The translations under genes and the position numbers were made by a program. Shown one piece after another: positions 1-8,689 of a DNA stretch of 52,285 bases (within the stretch, counting starts at the first letter, position 1; every line of letters begins with the position of its first letter). The stretch is from Thermomicrobiales bacterium (GTDB taxonomy: Bacteria > Chloroflexota > Chloroflexia > Thermomicrobiales > UBA6265), in the NCBI GenBank assembly GCA_033813515.1, contig JAPXRQ010000002.1, positions 1 to 52,285 of the forward strand, in the 5' to 3' direction. Below the pieces are notes generated by a model, which was not told where the DNA came from, searched no databases, and saw only the letters and a program-made list of their open reading frames with translations.

Positions 1-24
1 TCTTCCCCCTTCCCAACCGCCTCG

Positions 25-996
25 CTAAAACCAATCCCGCTTCTTGAACACCAGGCCCAACACTAACGCCACCATCCCCATCAAACCCAGCGACATGAAA
101 TAGCCGTAGTGCCACTGCAACTCCGGCATGTGCAGAAAGTTCATCCCGTAAATCCCGGCAATCAGCGACATCATCATCAGGATGATCGACGAAGCCGTCA
201 GCGTCTTCATCACCTGATTCATCCGGTTGGATTGCACGCTCAGGTAGCTCTCCAGCGCACTCGAGAGCAAGTCCCGAAACGTATCAATCGAATCCAGCAC
301 GCGCAGCAGATGATCGTAGATGTCCTGGAAGTACCGCGCCGCCTCGTCGTTGTAAACGGGGGTATCGCGCCGCATCAGGAGATTCAGCACATCGCGCTCC
401 GGGGTCAGGACCTTGCGCATCGTCAGGAGATCACGCTTCAGTCCGAAGATGTGCTGCAGCGCTTCCGTATCGAACCGCTCGAAGACCGAGTCCTCGATAT
501 CGTCGATCCGATCAGACAGGTCGTCGATGATTGGCAAATAGCCATCCACCAGCGCATCCAGAAGCGAGTAGACCAATACTGCCGGGAGATGCGCCCGGAT
601 TTGTTCGCGATGCGTTACCCAACGCTGCTCGATCGCATCAAATTCCGGCAAGGTCGCATTGTGCAAGGTCAGCACATAGCCGCGACCGGCAAAGATCGAG
701 ACCTGATGGACCGAGATGGCATGGTCGATCGGATCACATTCCATCGCGTAGAAGATGATCAGCAGGAAGTCATCAAACTGCTCGACCTTGGGCCGCTCAT
801 GGCGGATAACCGCGTCTTCGATCGCCAGTGGGTGAAGCGAGAACTCCTCCTGCAGCAGCGCGATCTCATCGGTCGTCGGCTGGTAGGCATCAACCCAGAC
901 CAGTTGGTCACCCTTGGCGATCACCTCGCTGATCTCGGTCAGTGGCAACGCCTGATTGACCACATCCCCATCAGTGTGCAACTTGATCGTGATCAC
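25..996 (-). CDS. corA: CorA-family Mg2+/Co2+ transporter
   Basis: 323-aa ORF of typical CorA length. It has two C-terminal TM helices carrying the CorA signature (IAGIYGMNFLHMPEL, GMN motif). Confidence 0.9.
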   Translation of the reverse strand: MITIKLHTDGDVVNQALPLTEISEVIAKGDQLVWVDAYQPTTDEIALLQEEFSLHPLAIEDAVIRHERPKVEQFDDFLLIIFYAMECDPIDHAISVHQVSIFAGRGYVLTLHNATLPEFDAIEQRWVTHREQIRAHLPAVLVYSLLDALVDGYLPIIDDLSDRIDDIEDSVFERFDTEALQHIFGLKRDLLTMRKVLTPERDVLNLLMRRDTPVYNDEAARYFQDIYDHLLRVLDSIDTFRDLLSSALESYLSVQSNRMNQVMKTLTASSIILMMMSLIAGIYGMNFLHMPELQWHYGYFMSLGLMGMVALVLGLVFKKRDWF

Positions 997-1048
997 GGTC
1001 CGACCGCCTCTATCGCTCCAGCAACGAAACCGGTGGGGAGTCTAGCAG

Positions 1049-3700
1049 TCAGCGCCGACGGAGGGCCGCAAAACGTTCCCAGCCGCGCAGTCTGGTCATC
1101 AGATCAAGCAGGAAGAAGACCAGGGCCGCCACCGCGAACCACCACCAGATGGGGCGGTAGATCTGCACGGCCGCTGCGCCCACGCTTGCCTGCCTGAAGG
1201 CCGCTGCCGGATCATCCAGGGGCAACACAGTGCCGCCGGTCACTGCCGCGATTGATTCCATCAACGCCTCACCGCCGCTCGCCGGAACCAGCTCAGGCGA
1301 TTGCGGCAACACGAACCCAATCGGCTTGCCGGTTGCATCGCCCCCGGGTGAATAGAGCTGCAGTTCATACGCACCAGGATCGCCCGCCTGCACCCGGATC
1401 TGGAACTCCCCAGCACCGGTCTGCACTGGCCGCACATCCGTCACGATCGGACCGGCCACGTCCGAGATGGTGGCTAACATTCCTATCAGATCGACATAAT
1501 CAGTTGAACCCTGATCAGCCGCGGTTGTCAGCGACAGCACAAGGTCTGGTCCATCGCGTTGCACGGCTACCTGAACCGGATTGCGTTCCGGATCAGGCAG
1601 CGTCCAGCGCAGCATATTGCTCCAGAAGACCCCGAACTGATCCCAACTCGACCACCCGCTCGCCAAATCGGCGCCATCATCGGGCGTCCACGCCACAACT
1701 CGCCCAAGCCCGTATTGCCACTTCGCCAGAACCGGATCGCTCCGATGACTGACCAGCACGACCTGCGCATCGGGTTTGGCCTCGGCAAAGTCGTACCCCT
1801 CCAGTGCCGGCAGTTGATCGGGTGTGATGCCGGTCATGATCGGGGAGGGGAGAGTCTGCACGGCCTGGAACGCCCCCCGGATAACCGATTCTGCCCCCGC
1901 GTTCTGCGCCTCTTCGAGCGTCAGCGCCGGGATCTCCTCGGCCTTGACCGTGAAGCGATATCTGCCGCCGCCGGCCTGCGCGATCTTTTCCATCAGCTCC
2001 TGATCAGAATCGTTGCCGATCGCGATCGTTGAGACCGTTGTCCGATCCTGGCCTGCCTCGGAGACCAGCTTCAGGAACGCATCCTCGGTGCCAGAGCGCG
2101 ACTTGCCGTCGGAGAGCAGCACCACATGTCGCACATCGGCCTGCACATTGCGAATCGCATCCAGTCCGACCTGCAGTGCCGGATACATCTCGGTGCCACC
2201 CGATGCCTTGATCTGGCTGATCGCCGTATCCAGGGCGTCGATCGTCGCTGGCCCCTCGATCTGCGTCAGAGGGAAAACCCAGTTCTGCGAATCCGAGAAC
2301 TCCAGCACACCGATCGTGTCGCCAACGGCCAACGCCGTACCTGCCAGCCGCATCGCCTCGCGCGCCATATCAATCTTGCTGGTCTCATTCAGCGGGTCGT
2401 ATGCCATCGATCCGCTGTGATCGACGACCAGCAGCAGGGCAACCTTCTGCCGCTCCCGTCCGTTGGTCACCTTTACCGTTACCGGCAGCAATTCCTCAAG
2501 GCGGGTGCCCGCGTACTGCCCCGGTCCGTAACTCGACGTGCCGCCAACAACAATCAGCCCCTTGCCCAGTGTTTTGGTAGCCTGCTGAAGGGCCGCTATC
2601 TGTTCCACTTCAAGAGCACTGGCCGGAATGTTGTCCAGCACAAACGCGTCATAACCGCTCAGCAGCGAGAGTTGACTCGGTAACCGGCCCGGGGTGGAGA
2701 GGGTTACCGTTGCCCCGCCGGTCTCCAACGCCTTCTGCAGATTGGCTGAATCCGTATCCGCCGAGGCCACCAGCAGGACATTGGGAGCATCCCGCACGAT
2801 CAACGCGGCCTGGGCCTCATTATTGGCCAAAACCAGGTCCATCGAAGCATCGGCACTCGCGCTCAGACTGATCGCGTGGAACCCGGCTGCCAGGACAGGC
2901 AGGGTAAAGGAGTAGGTGGAGAGCCCGGCCGGTATCGAAACCGATTGCTGATCCACAACCTCGCCATCGACCAGCAGATTGAGCAGCGCAGGCCCCGCAG
3001 CGACCGTCGAAACACTGACCAGTACATTCGGTTGCTCACCCTGCCAGATCGCCGCCGGAAGGGTCAGGCTGTCGATGCGAAGATCATCTTCTGTCGCGGC
3101 CGGCACGATCACGACGTCCACCGGGATCCCGTCCGCGGCCGCCTGCGATGCCTGCGTTTGCACGGTCCCCAGGTTCTCACCACCGTCCGAAATCAGCACG
3201 ATCCGCCGATTGCCACCAACCGGGAGGGTCCGCGCCAGTGCGACCGCCGACTCGATGTTCGTGAAATCGGTATCGATCTGATCGGGCGCGACGGCATCTG
3301 TCCAATCCGCCGGCACATCGCTCGCTGCCCGGTTGGGCACAGTCAATTCCGCCGATCCGCCAAAGGTAATGATCGCCGCCCCGTCGGAATCACTGGCCGA
3401 GTGCAGCGCATTGGTCAGCCAGTTGTCGGCCGTGGTGTCTCCATTCGCGGTCACACTGGTCGATTGATCGACGACGAAAATCGTCGTTGTCGCATCGGCA
3501 TTGCTGGCCAGAAGTGGTTCTGTCAACGCCAGGCAAACCATTGCCAGTGTCAGGAACCGAAGCACAAGCGCTCGTGTCCGATGTGCGAGGCCGGAATCTG
3601 TCAGTCGCCAGATCGCTACCGCCGCCAATCCGACCAGCACCAGTAGCACCAGCGGCCAGCGATTGGTCAACGAGAGATTGGCAAGGGCTGGCTGCATCAT
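1049..3700 (-). CDS. Membrane protein with two VWA domains and a GATase1-like C-terminal region (BatB-like)
   Basis: 883 aa from ATG at 3700, which forms an ATGA overlap with the stop of the upstream gene. The 33-codon ORF-track extension lies inside that gene. It has N-terminal TM helices and two VWA cores with MIDAS DxSxS motifs (FVVDQSTSV, LVVDHSGSM). The C-terminal region resembles the putative glutamine-amidotransferase-like domain of Bat/VWA proteins (LAKWQYGLGRVVAWTPD). There is a terminal TM helix (IWWWFAVAALVFFLLDL). Confidence 0.8.
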   Translation of the reverse strand: MMQPALANLSLTNRWPLVLLVLVGLAAVAIWRLTDSGLAHRTRALVLRFLTLAMVCLALTEPLLASNADATTTIFVVDQSTSVTANGDTTADNWLTNALHSASDSDGAAIITFGGSAELTVPNRAASDVPADWTDAVAPDQIDTDFTNIESAVALARTLPVGGNRRIVLISDGGENLGTVQTQASQAAADGIPVDVVIVPAATEDDLRIDSLTLPAAIWQGEQPNVLVSVSTVAAGPALLNLLVDGEVVDQQSVSIPAGLSTYSFTLPVLAAGFHAISLSASADASMDLVLANNEAQAALIVRDAPNVLLVASADTDSANLQKALETGGATVTLSTPGRLPSQLSLLSGYDAFVLDNIPASALEVEQIAALQQATKTLGKGLIVVGGTSSYGPGQYAGTRLEELLPVTVKVTNGRERQKVALLLVVDHSGSMAYDPLNETSKIDMAREAMRLAGTALAVGDTIGVLEFSDSQNWVFPLTQIEGPATIDALDTAISQIKASGGTEMYPALQVGLDAIRNVQADVRHVVLLSDGKSRSGTEDAFLKLVSEAGQDRTTVSTIAIGNDSDQELMEKIAQAGGGRYRFTVKAEEIPALTLEEAQNAGAESVIRGAFQAVQTLPSPIMTGITPDQLPALEGYDFAEAKPDAQVVLVSHRSDPVLAKWQYGLGRVVAWTPDDGADLASGWSSWDQFGVFWSNMLRWTLPDPERNPVQVAVQRDGPDLVLSLTTAADQGSTDYVDLIGMLATISDVAGPIVTDVRPVQTGAGEFQIRVQAGDPGAYELQLYSPGGDATGKPIGFVLPQSPELVPASGGEALMESIAAVTGGTVLPLDDPAAAFRQASVGAAAVQIYRPIWWWFAVAALVFFLLDLMTRLRGWERFAALRRR

Positions 3701-5667
3701 GCGGTTGCCCCTGCCGCGGACAACCGCCGCTGATTGCGAAGCGAGATCAACCAGTCCAGACCCAACAGTCCAAGCACGGCCAGCAGCGCGATCGGCCAAA
3801 GGTCCATCCGCTCCTGGATCGCACTGGTCTGACTGGAATCGACACCCGACACCAGCGACTGGCCAAGCAATGGATTGGGCGCCAAATTCGATTCCTGCAC
3901 CTGCCCTGCATTGACCGAAATCAGCGACGTGGCCAGTTGCGCGCCAGCGGCATCAAACTCCTGCAGTTGATAGAGGCCCTGCTGGCCGGTATCGGTCCAG
4001 GTCAACTGGTGGGTGAGGCCCAATGGTGTCAAATCATCGAGCGCGAATGTGTGGGAACGCATATTGGTGTCGATCAATGTCGCCGAGGTCGTGGCTACCC
4101 GCAGGGTCACCACCAATGGATCGCCGACCGCCAGACTCGCCGGCATCGAGCGGGCCACCAGCGACGAGACTGCATTTGCAATCAGAATCGGGAACGACAC
4201 CCGCTGCGGGAAATTGGAGAGATTGACATCGAATGGCATCACAACAATTGGTTGTCCGTTGCTGCTCGTGGACTGGTAGAGGAGGGGGCCGTCCTCACCA
4301 CCCACGATCTCGCTATCGCCCGCCGCCATCTGATAGGCAGGCGTCTGCCCAAACGTCACCCCCGCCAGATCAACCCCTGCCAACAACGGACTCTGCGCAA
4401 CGACACGGACCGGTGTCGGGTTCGCCATGATCGAGAGCACCGGCGCGAAGTCGGCGCCCGGATTGACGATCAGCATCGGGGTCCGCGGCAGCGCCAGTTG
4501 CTCCGGTACCGATCCCTCGAATACGACCAGGTCGGCCCGGGTATCCGCCTCGGTGGCCAGATACTGACCGACTGTTAGAACCGTCACCTGCGCATCCGGC
4601 AACGCCTGCAACGCTCGCAGCAGATCGGACGGAGCATCGGAAACGTAGGTCACCCGCAGTCCGCTGGCGCCATCGCCGGCCAGGGTCAGCGAGGCTTCGT
4701 CGTCCGCCGGTTGAGCATCGGTCGAGTTGGTCAGCCTGCCCTGCGCTCGTTGCGATCCGGCAGGCATGCGCTGGGTAATCAACCGCGATCCGCCTGGTTC
4801 CAGCGAGATATCGATCGTGGAGATCTCCCGCGAGTCGGCCGAAATGGCAACAGTCGTTGTCGCAGTTGTGCCGGAGAAGTTGACAACCCGCAGGAACAGA
4901 TCCTGCCGGCCGGGGTCGTCGGCAGCGCCCCTCGCTGAAATCTCGGTGATGGCCAGGTTATCGGTAACTCCCGTGTTTGCGATCAGATCCATCGTGATCG
5001 GAGCCGCAATGCGAGCCGAGATGGCCGGATCAACGGCAGTCGCGCCGTCCGTGATCAGAACGATCTCGTCGTCCATGCCTGGGAGCAGAAGATCTTGACA
5101 TAACCGAAGCGCGGCATTGAAATCCGCCCGCCCGCCCGGCAGTGCGATGTCTTGCAAGGTCTCGTTCAGATCGGCGATGCCAACCGTATCGCTCGCCTGG
5201 AAAGTCTGGATTTGGGTGCCCAGCAGCAGCACCGTCACAATATCCCCGTTTTGCAGATCGCCAAGTTGCGCATCGATCCGTTCTCTGGCTACCTGAAAGC
5301 GGGTCAGCGTCGGCGAGCGCACCGTATCGACAATCGCCGACATGCTGGTCGATCCGTCTACGACCAGAATCAGATGCTTCGGCTGGGTCCGCGAACCGAA
5401 GTCGGAGAGGAAACTCGCCGAGGCGGGTCTCGCCAGCGCCACCGCCAGCAGAACCGCGACGGCCAGGTGAATCAGGAAGAGGGGAGTGATCGGCGGCGGC
5501 CGAAACCGGCGCGTATCGCTCGGTGGCGTCACCGCCTGCATCCAGAATCGGGTTGCTGGCACCTTGCGCGTGCCAGGCGTCGTTGTCCGCATGTACAGCA
5601 GCACAATCAACGGCACGCCAATCAGCGCAATCAATCCCACCGGCGCCAGGAACGAGAGCCCGCTCAC
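3697..5667 (-). CDS. BatA-like VWA domain membrane protein
   Basis: 656 aa. The N-terminus MSGLSFLAPVGLIALIGVPLIVLLYM resembles the aerotolerance-regulator (BatA) N-terminal TM domain. It has a VWA core with MIDAS motif LILVVDGSTSM and a C-terminal TM helix. There are 4-bp overlaps with both neighbouring genes. Confidence 0.8.
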   Translation of the reverse strand: MSGLSFLAPVGLIALIGVPLIVLLYMRTTTPGTRKVPATRFWMQAVTPPSDTRRFRPPPITPLFLIHLAVAVLLAVALARPASASFLSDFGSRTQPKHLILVVDGSTSMSAIVDTVRSPTLTRFQVARERIDAQLGDLQNGDIVTVLLLGTQIQTFQASDTVGIADLNETLQDIALPGGRADFNAALRLCQDLLLPGMDDEIVLITDGATAVDPAISARIAAPITMDLIANTGVTDNLAITEISARGAADDPGRQDLFLRVVNFSGTTATTTVAISADSREISTIDISLEPGGSRLITQRMPAGSQRAQGRLTNSTDAQPADDEASLTLAGDGASGLRVTYVSDAPSDLLRALQALPDAQVTVLTVGQYLATEADTRADLVVFEGSVPEQLALPRTPMLIVNPGADFAPVLSIMANPTPVRVVAQSPLLAGVDLAGVTFGQTPAYQMAAGDSEIVGGEDGPLLYQSTSSNGQPIVVMPFDVNLSNFPQRVSFPILIANAVSSLVARSMPASLAVGDPLVVTLRVATTSATLIDTNMRSHTFALDDLTPLGLTHQLTWTDTGQQGLYQLQEFDAAGAQLATSLISVNAGQVQESNLAPNPLLGQSLVSGVDSSQTSAIQERMDLWPIALLAVLGLLGLDWLISLRNQRRLSAAGATA

Positions 5668-6647
5668 GACAAAATCCCGATCTCGTGCAAGAGGTGGAGT
5701 GCAGTTGGTTCAAGCGGCATCTCGGTCGTCAGGGTCAGCCAATGTGCCCCGGCCCTGCCCAATGCCTTGCGCATCTCCGCCTGCCAGGGGTCGAACGCCG
5801 CACGATACGCATCGCTCGAGGTATCGCCAGGCATCATCAGCACCTGAGCTCCGGATTCACTGTCCAGCAGCGTCACCGGCTCCTGCGACGTTGCGCCAGC
5901 GAAGACAAGATCCGGCTGCTGTTCTGCGGGATCAAGGACCTGGACGACAAGAACATCCCAGCCGCGACTGACCAGCGATCGCACCTGTTCGGCCAGCGGC
6001 TCCGGATCATCGCTGAGCAGATCGGAGAGGATGATGAGCAGTCCTGGCTGGGCGACCAGATGCCCGAACCGGAACAAGATCTCGGCCACACTCGTCGCTT
6101 CGCCATAACCGGATCGCGAGAGATAGTCGAGCATCTCATTGACCCGCGTTCGCCCGGTCAATGGACCCAATGGCCGCACATTGGCGGTCGCGAAGGGCGA
6201 GACACGAATGCGATCGAAATGCCAAAGCGTGATGTACGACACCACGGCCGCAAGCTGCTTGCCATAATGTTCTTTGGTGACCAACCCAGGTGACGATCGC
6301 CAGCCCATTGAGGGACTCGAATCCAGCACCACATGGACCGTCAGATCGGTTGTCACCTCGCTGACCCGCACGAAAAGCGTGTCCAGGCGCGCATACAGGT
6401 TCCAGTCCACCCGCCTGATGTCATCACCCGGCGAATAGCTCTTGAAATCGGCAAACTCGGGGGAGGCTCCACGGCGGCGTGATCGGTGCTCGCCGGCGAA
6501 CGTCCCCCGCTGCACTCTTGGCGCATAAATTCGCATCTGTTGCAGCGACGCCATCAGCGCAGGCGAAAGCAACGCATCTTCCCGCATCGCAATCGGGGGC
6601 GTGTCCGGATCCGCCTTTTTTCGCCAGCGGTTCAGCAGGGCCGGCAT
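5664..6647 (-). CDS. DUF58 domain protein
   Basis: 327 aa with the characteristic DUF58 stretch GEHRSRRRGASPEFADFKSYSPGDDIRRVDWNLYARLDTLFVRV. Its position directly upstream of BatA/VWA genes is as in MoxR-DUF58-VWA operons. Confidence 0.85.
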   Translation of the reverse strand: MPALLNRWRKKADPDTPPIAMREDALLSPALMASLQQMRIYAPRVQRGTFAGEHRSRRRGASPEFADFKSYSPGDDIRRVDWNLYARLDTLFVRVSEVTTDLTVHVVLDSSPSMGWRSSPGLVTKEHYGKQLAAVVSYITLWHFDRIRVSPFATANVRPLGPLTGRTRVNEMLDYLSRSGYGEATSVAEILFRFGHLVAQPGLLIILSDLLSDDPEPLAEQVRSLVSRGWDVLVVQVLDPAEQQPDLVFAGATSQEPVTLLDSESGAQVLMMPGDTSSDAYRAAFDPWQAEMRKALGRAGAHWLTLTTEMPLEPTALHLLHEIGILS

Positions 6648-6649
6648 CG

Positions 6650-8689
6650 CTATGGCCCGTCCGAGAAATAGTCTTCGACGATGTCCTTGTACCGGTCGGG
6701 AACCCGATTCGAATCAGGCCCGGCCTCGCCAACATCGCCTTGTTCCACACTGCCCGGTCCGGCCGCCGCGCCAGTCCCCGATCCGGAGCTGGACGAGGCC
6801 GAGCCACCACTCCGATACCCCGGCGCGTCGGGCGATCGGGAGAGCGAGATTGTCTCGGAGGGCGCACCACCGGTCTCGTCTGTCGCGGTGGTGCCGGTGT
6901 TTCCGCCATCAATCACATTGGGATCCGGCATGTCGGGGTCGGATTCGCCACTCGTCTTGCCGGTACCCGAATTCTTGTCGCCGGTCGAGGTGTTGTTCTT
7001 CGAATCTCCCGATCCCGCACCGTTCCCGGTGTCAGAAGATGGATTGGATCCGTCATCACCTGGTTGATCCGGACTCGATCCCGATTGACCGGCCTCGGCA
7101 TCGGTTGCCGATCCGTTTCCACCTGCAGCCGGATCGCTGGATTGGTCGCCACTGGACTCGCCGGACGAAGCGCCACCGGTCGCGTCGGTCGATCCAGCCG
7201 CAGGATTGTCTTCGCCCTGACCACCATCCTGATCGCCCTGCTGACCGTCCTCGCCCGCTTGGGAACCCTCTCCACCGGATCCGGTTGTCTGCTGCTCTCC
7301 GCCGGATTCCGCGGCGTTCGATCCGGTCGCCGCATCGCCGCCATCGCCGGCAATCTGCTGATCACCCTGCCCCTCAGATGGCTGTTCCGATGCGTCCTCG
7401 GGCCGGGTATCGCGCGATCCACCAGAGTCGGATTCGGCTTCCCGTGCCTCGCTCATCTCCTGCGCGAGTTCGTCGTCGGATTGGACCTTCTCGCCGGTCT
7501 GCTCGACCTCATCCGCCAAATCACTGACCGAACCAGCCGCCGGTTCGTCGCTCGCGAGGTCATCCGCAACCTTGCGAGTTGCGTCTTGCAAGTCCGGATT
7601 TTCACCGCTCATCGCATCGGCCGCCCGATTCAGACTGGCGGCAATCTGGGCTTGGAGATCCGGCGAGAGTTGATCGAGTTGCGGTGCAATTGCGTTCAGT
7701 TCAGCCGCCGCCCGATCGTAATCTCCCGCCCGAATCGCATCGGCAATTGGCGCCGTAATCGGGTTGTCGTCCAGGGCGTCGGCAAGTTCGAGCAAATCCT
7801 GCTCGGCGGCATCGGATGCCTCCGCCTTGTCCTGCACATCCTGCACCGACGTCGCGCCGGCGTTGGTTGCAGGCTCGGCCGTTGGCTGTTCGGGGACTTT
7901 CAGCCGATCCTTGGCCGCCACAAAGGCAGGCACCGAACCCGATTCCAATGCCGAAACAGTTCCACCCGTGCCCTGCAGCAGGTACAGCGCAAGCAATATC
8001 AGACCCAAACCGGTTGCCAGCACAATCTCGCGCACCGGCAAATGAACCCGCAGCACCCGCCGCCGCATCAGAATCGCCGTCGTGTTGGTCGCCTCGATCT
8101 GCTGCAACTCCGCGATCCGCAACCCGCTTGTTCCTGGCTGCCCGATCTCGTCGACCGCTGTCGTAATCCGGTCGTCAAGGCCGAACGTTGCGTCCAGCAT
8201 GATCGCGATCTCGCGCAGACCCGGTCGATAGAGCCAGGCATAGAGGAGTCCAAGACCAATCATGGCCACCCCAATGGCGGTCAGGGTGGTGGCATCGATG
8301 GCCGAACCACCGAATAGCGTCGCCGTCGTCCAGACCGCGCCAATCAGACAGGTCAGGGCCAGACCACGGAAGAGGTACGTCGGAAACCGGTCAATCAACT
8401 GCCGTCGACGAACCCTCCGCAGCAGCGCCACCAGCCGTTGCTCAATCCCTGTTTGCGGCGCGGCCATCCGTGCCCGGTGGACTGGCATCGGACCGGGCAG
8501 ATCGGAGAACGCCCAGAAGGGCAGCCAGAACAACCGGATGACTTGCTGGACTGCCGAGCGATCGCCCGGCCACAGCAAGACCAGGATCGAGCGCCACCAA
8601 TCAGCCAAGGCATCCGGAGTCAGGGAGCGGCGCATCCGCCCGAATGTGGCTTCCGTGGCATAACTCAGGCTGCCAAGGCGACTGGCCAT
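6650..8689 (-). CDS. Uncharacterised membrane protein with a long acidic G/S/D/E/Q-rich tail
   Basis: 679 aa. Its start ATG shares one base with the upstream stop (TGATG at 8687-8691), and its stop lies 2 nt before the DUF58 start. It has several predicted TM helices (LALTCLIGAVWTTATLF, AIGVAMIGLGLLYAWL, IVLATGLGLILLALYLL), then an Ala/Asp/Gln-rich helical region. A roughly 240-aa low-complexity acidic tract follows, and the protein ends ...NRVPDRYKDIVEDYFSDGP. No Walker A motif. Confidence 0.6.
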   Translation of the reverse strand: MASRLGSLSYATEATFGRMRRSLTPDALADWWRSILVLLWPGDRSAVQQVIRLFWLPFWAFSDLPGPMPVHRARMAAPQTGIEQRLVALLRRVRRRQLIDRFPTYLFRGLALTCLIGAVWTTATLFGGSAIDATTLTAIGVAMIGLGLLYAWLYRPGLREIAIMLDATFGLDDRITTAVDEIGQPGTSGLRIAELQQIEATNTTAILMRRRVLRVHLPVREIVLATGLGLILLALYLLQGTGGTVSALESGSVPAFVAAKDRLKVPEQPTAEPATNAGATSVQDVQDKAEASDAAEQDLLELADALDDNPITAPIADAIRAGDYDRAAAELNAIAPQLDQLSPDLQAQIAASLNRAADAMSGENPDLQDATRKVADDLASDEPAAGSVSDLADEVEQTGEKVQSDDELAQEMSEAREAESDSGGSRDTRPEDASEQPSEGQGDQQIAGDGGDAATGSNAAESGGEQQTTGSGGEGSQAGEDGQQGDQDGGQGEDNPAAGSTDATGGASSGESSGDQSSDPAAGGNGSATDAEAGQSGSSPDQPGDDGSNPSSDTGNGAGSGDSKNNTSTGDKNSGTGKTSGESDPDMPDPNVIDGGNTGTTATDETGGAPSETISLSRSPDAPGYRSGGSASSSSGSGTGAAAGPGSVEQGDVGEAGPDSNRVPDRYKDIVEDYFSDGP
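6710..7435 (-). repeat. Low-complexity coding tract (G/S/D/E/Q/T-rich, net acidic) inside the 679-aa membrane protein
   Basis: The translation runs ESDSGGSRDTRPEDASEQPSEGQGDQQIAGDGGDAATGSNAAESGGEQQTTGSGGEGSQAGEDGQQGDQDGGQGEDNP... through ...GSASSSSGSGTGAAAGPGSVEQGDVGEAGPDS. The bias is compositional, with no exact tandem DNA repeat. Confidence 0.6.

Noticed and set aside
109-1197. 362-aa plus-strand ORF antisense to corA
   Set aside because: It is very rich in Arg/His/Pro/Gln with no motifs and lies entirely opposite a gene with a clear CorA signature. This is a typical GC-rich shadow ORF.
6479-8317. 612-aa plus-strand ORF (and nested ORFs 6601..7527, 6913..7422) across the acidic low-complexity region
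   Set aside because: The Arg/Gly/Ser-rich translation is the mirror image of the D/E/G/S-rich tract on the minus strand. The minus-strand gene has TM helices and operon coupling, and the plus-strand ORF has neither.
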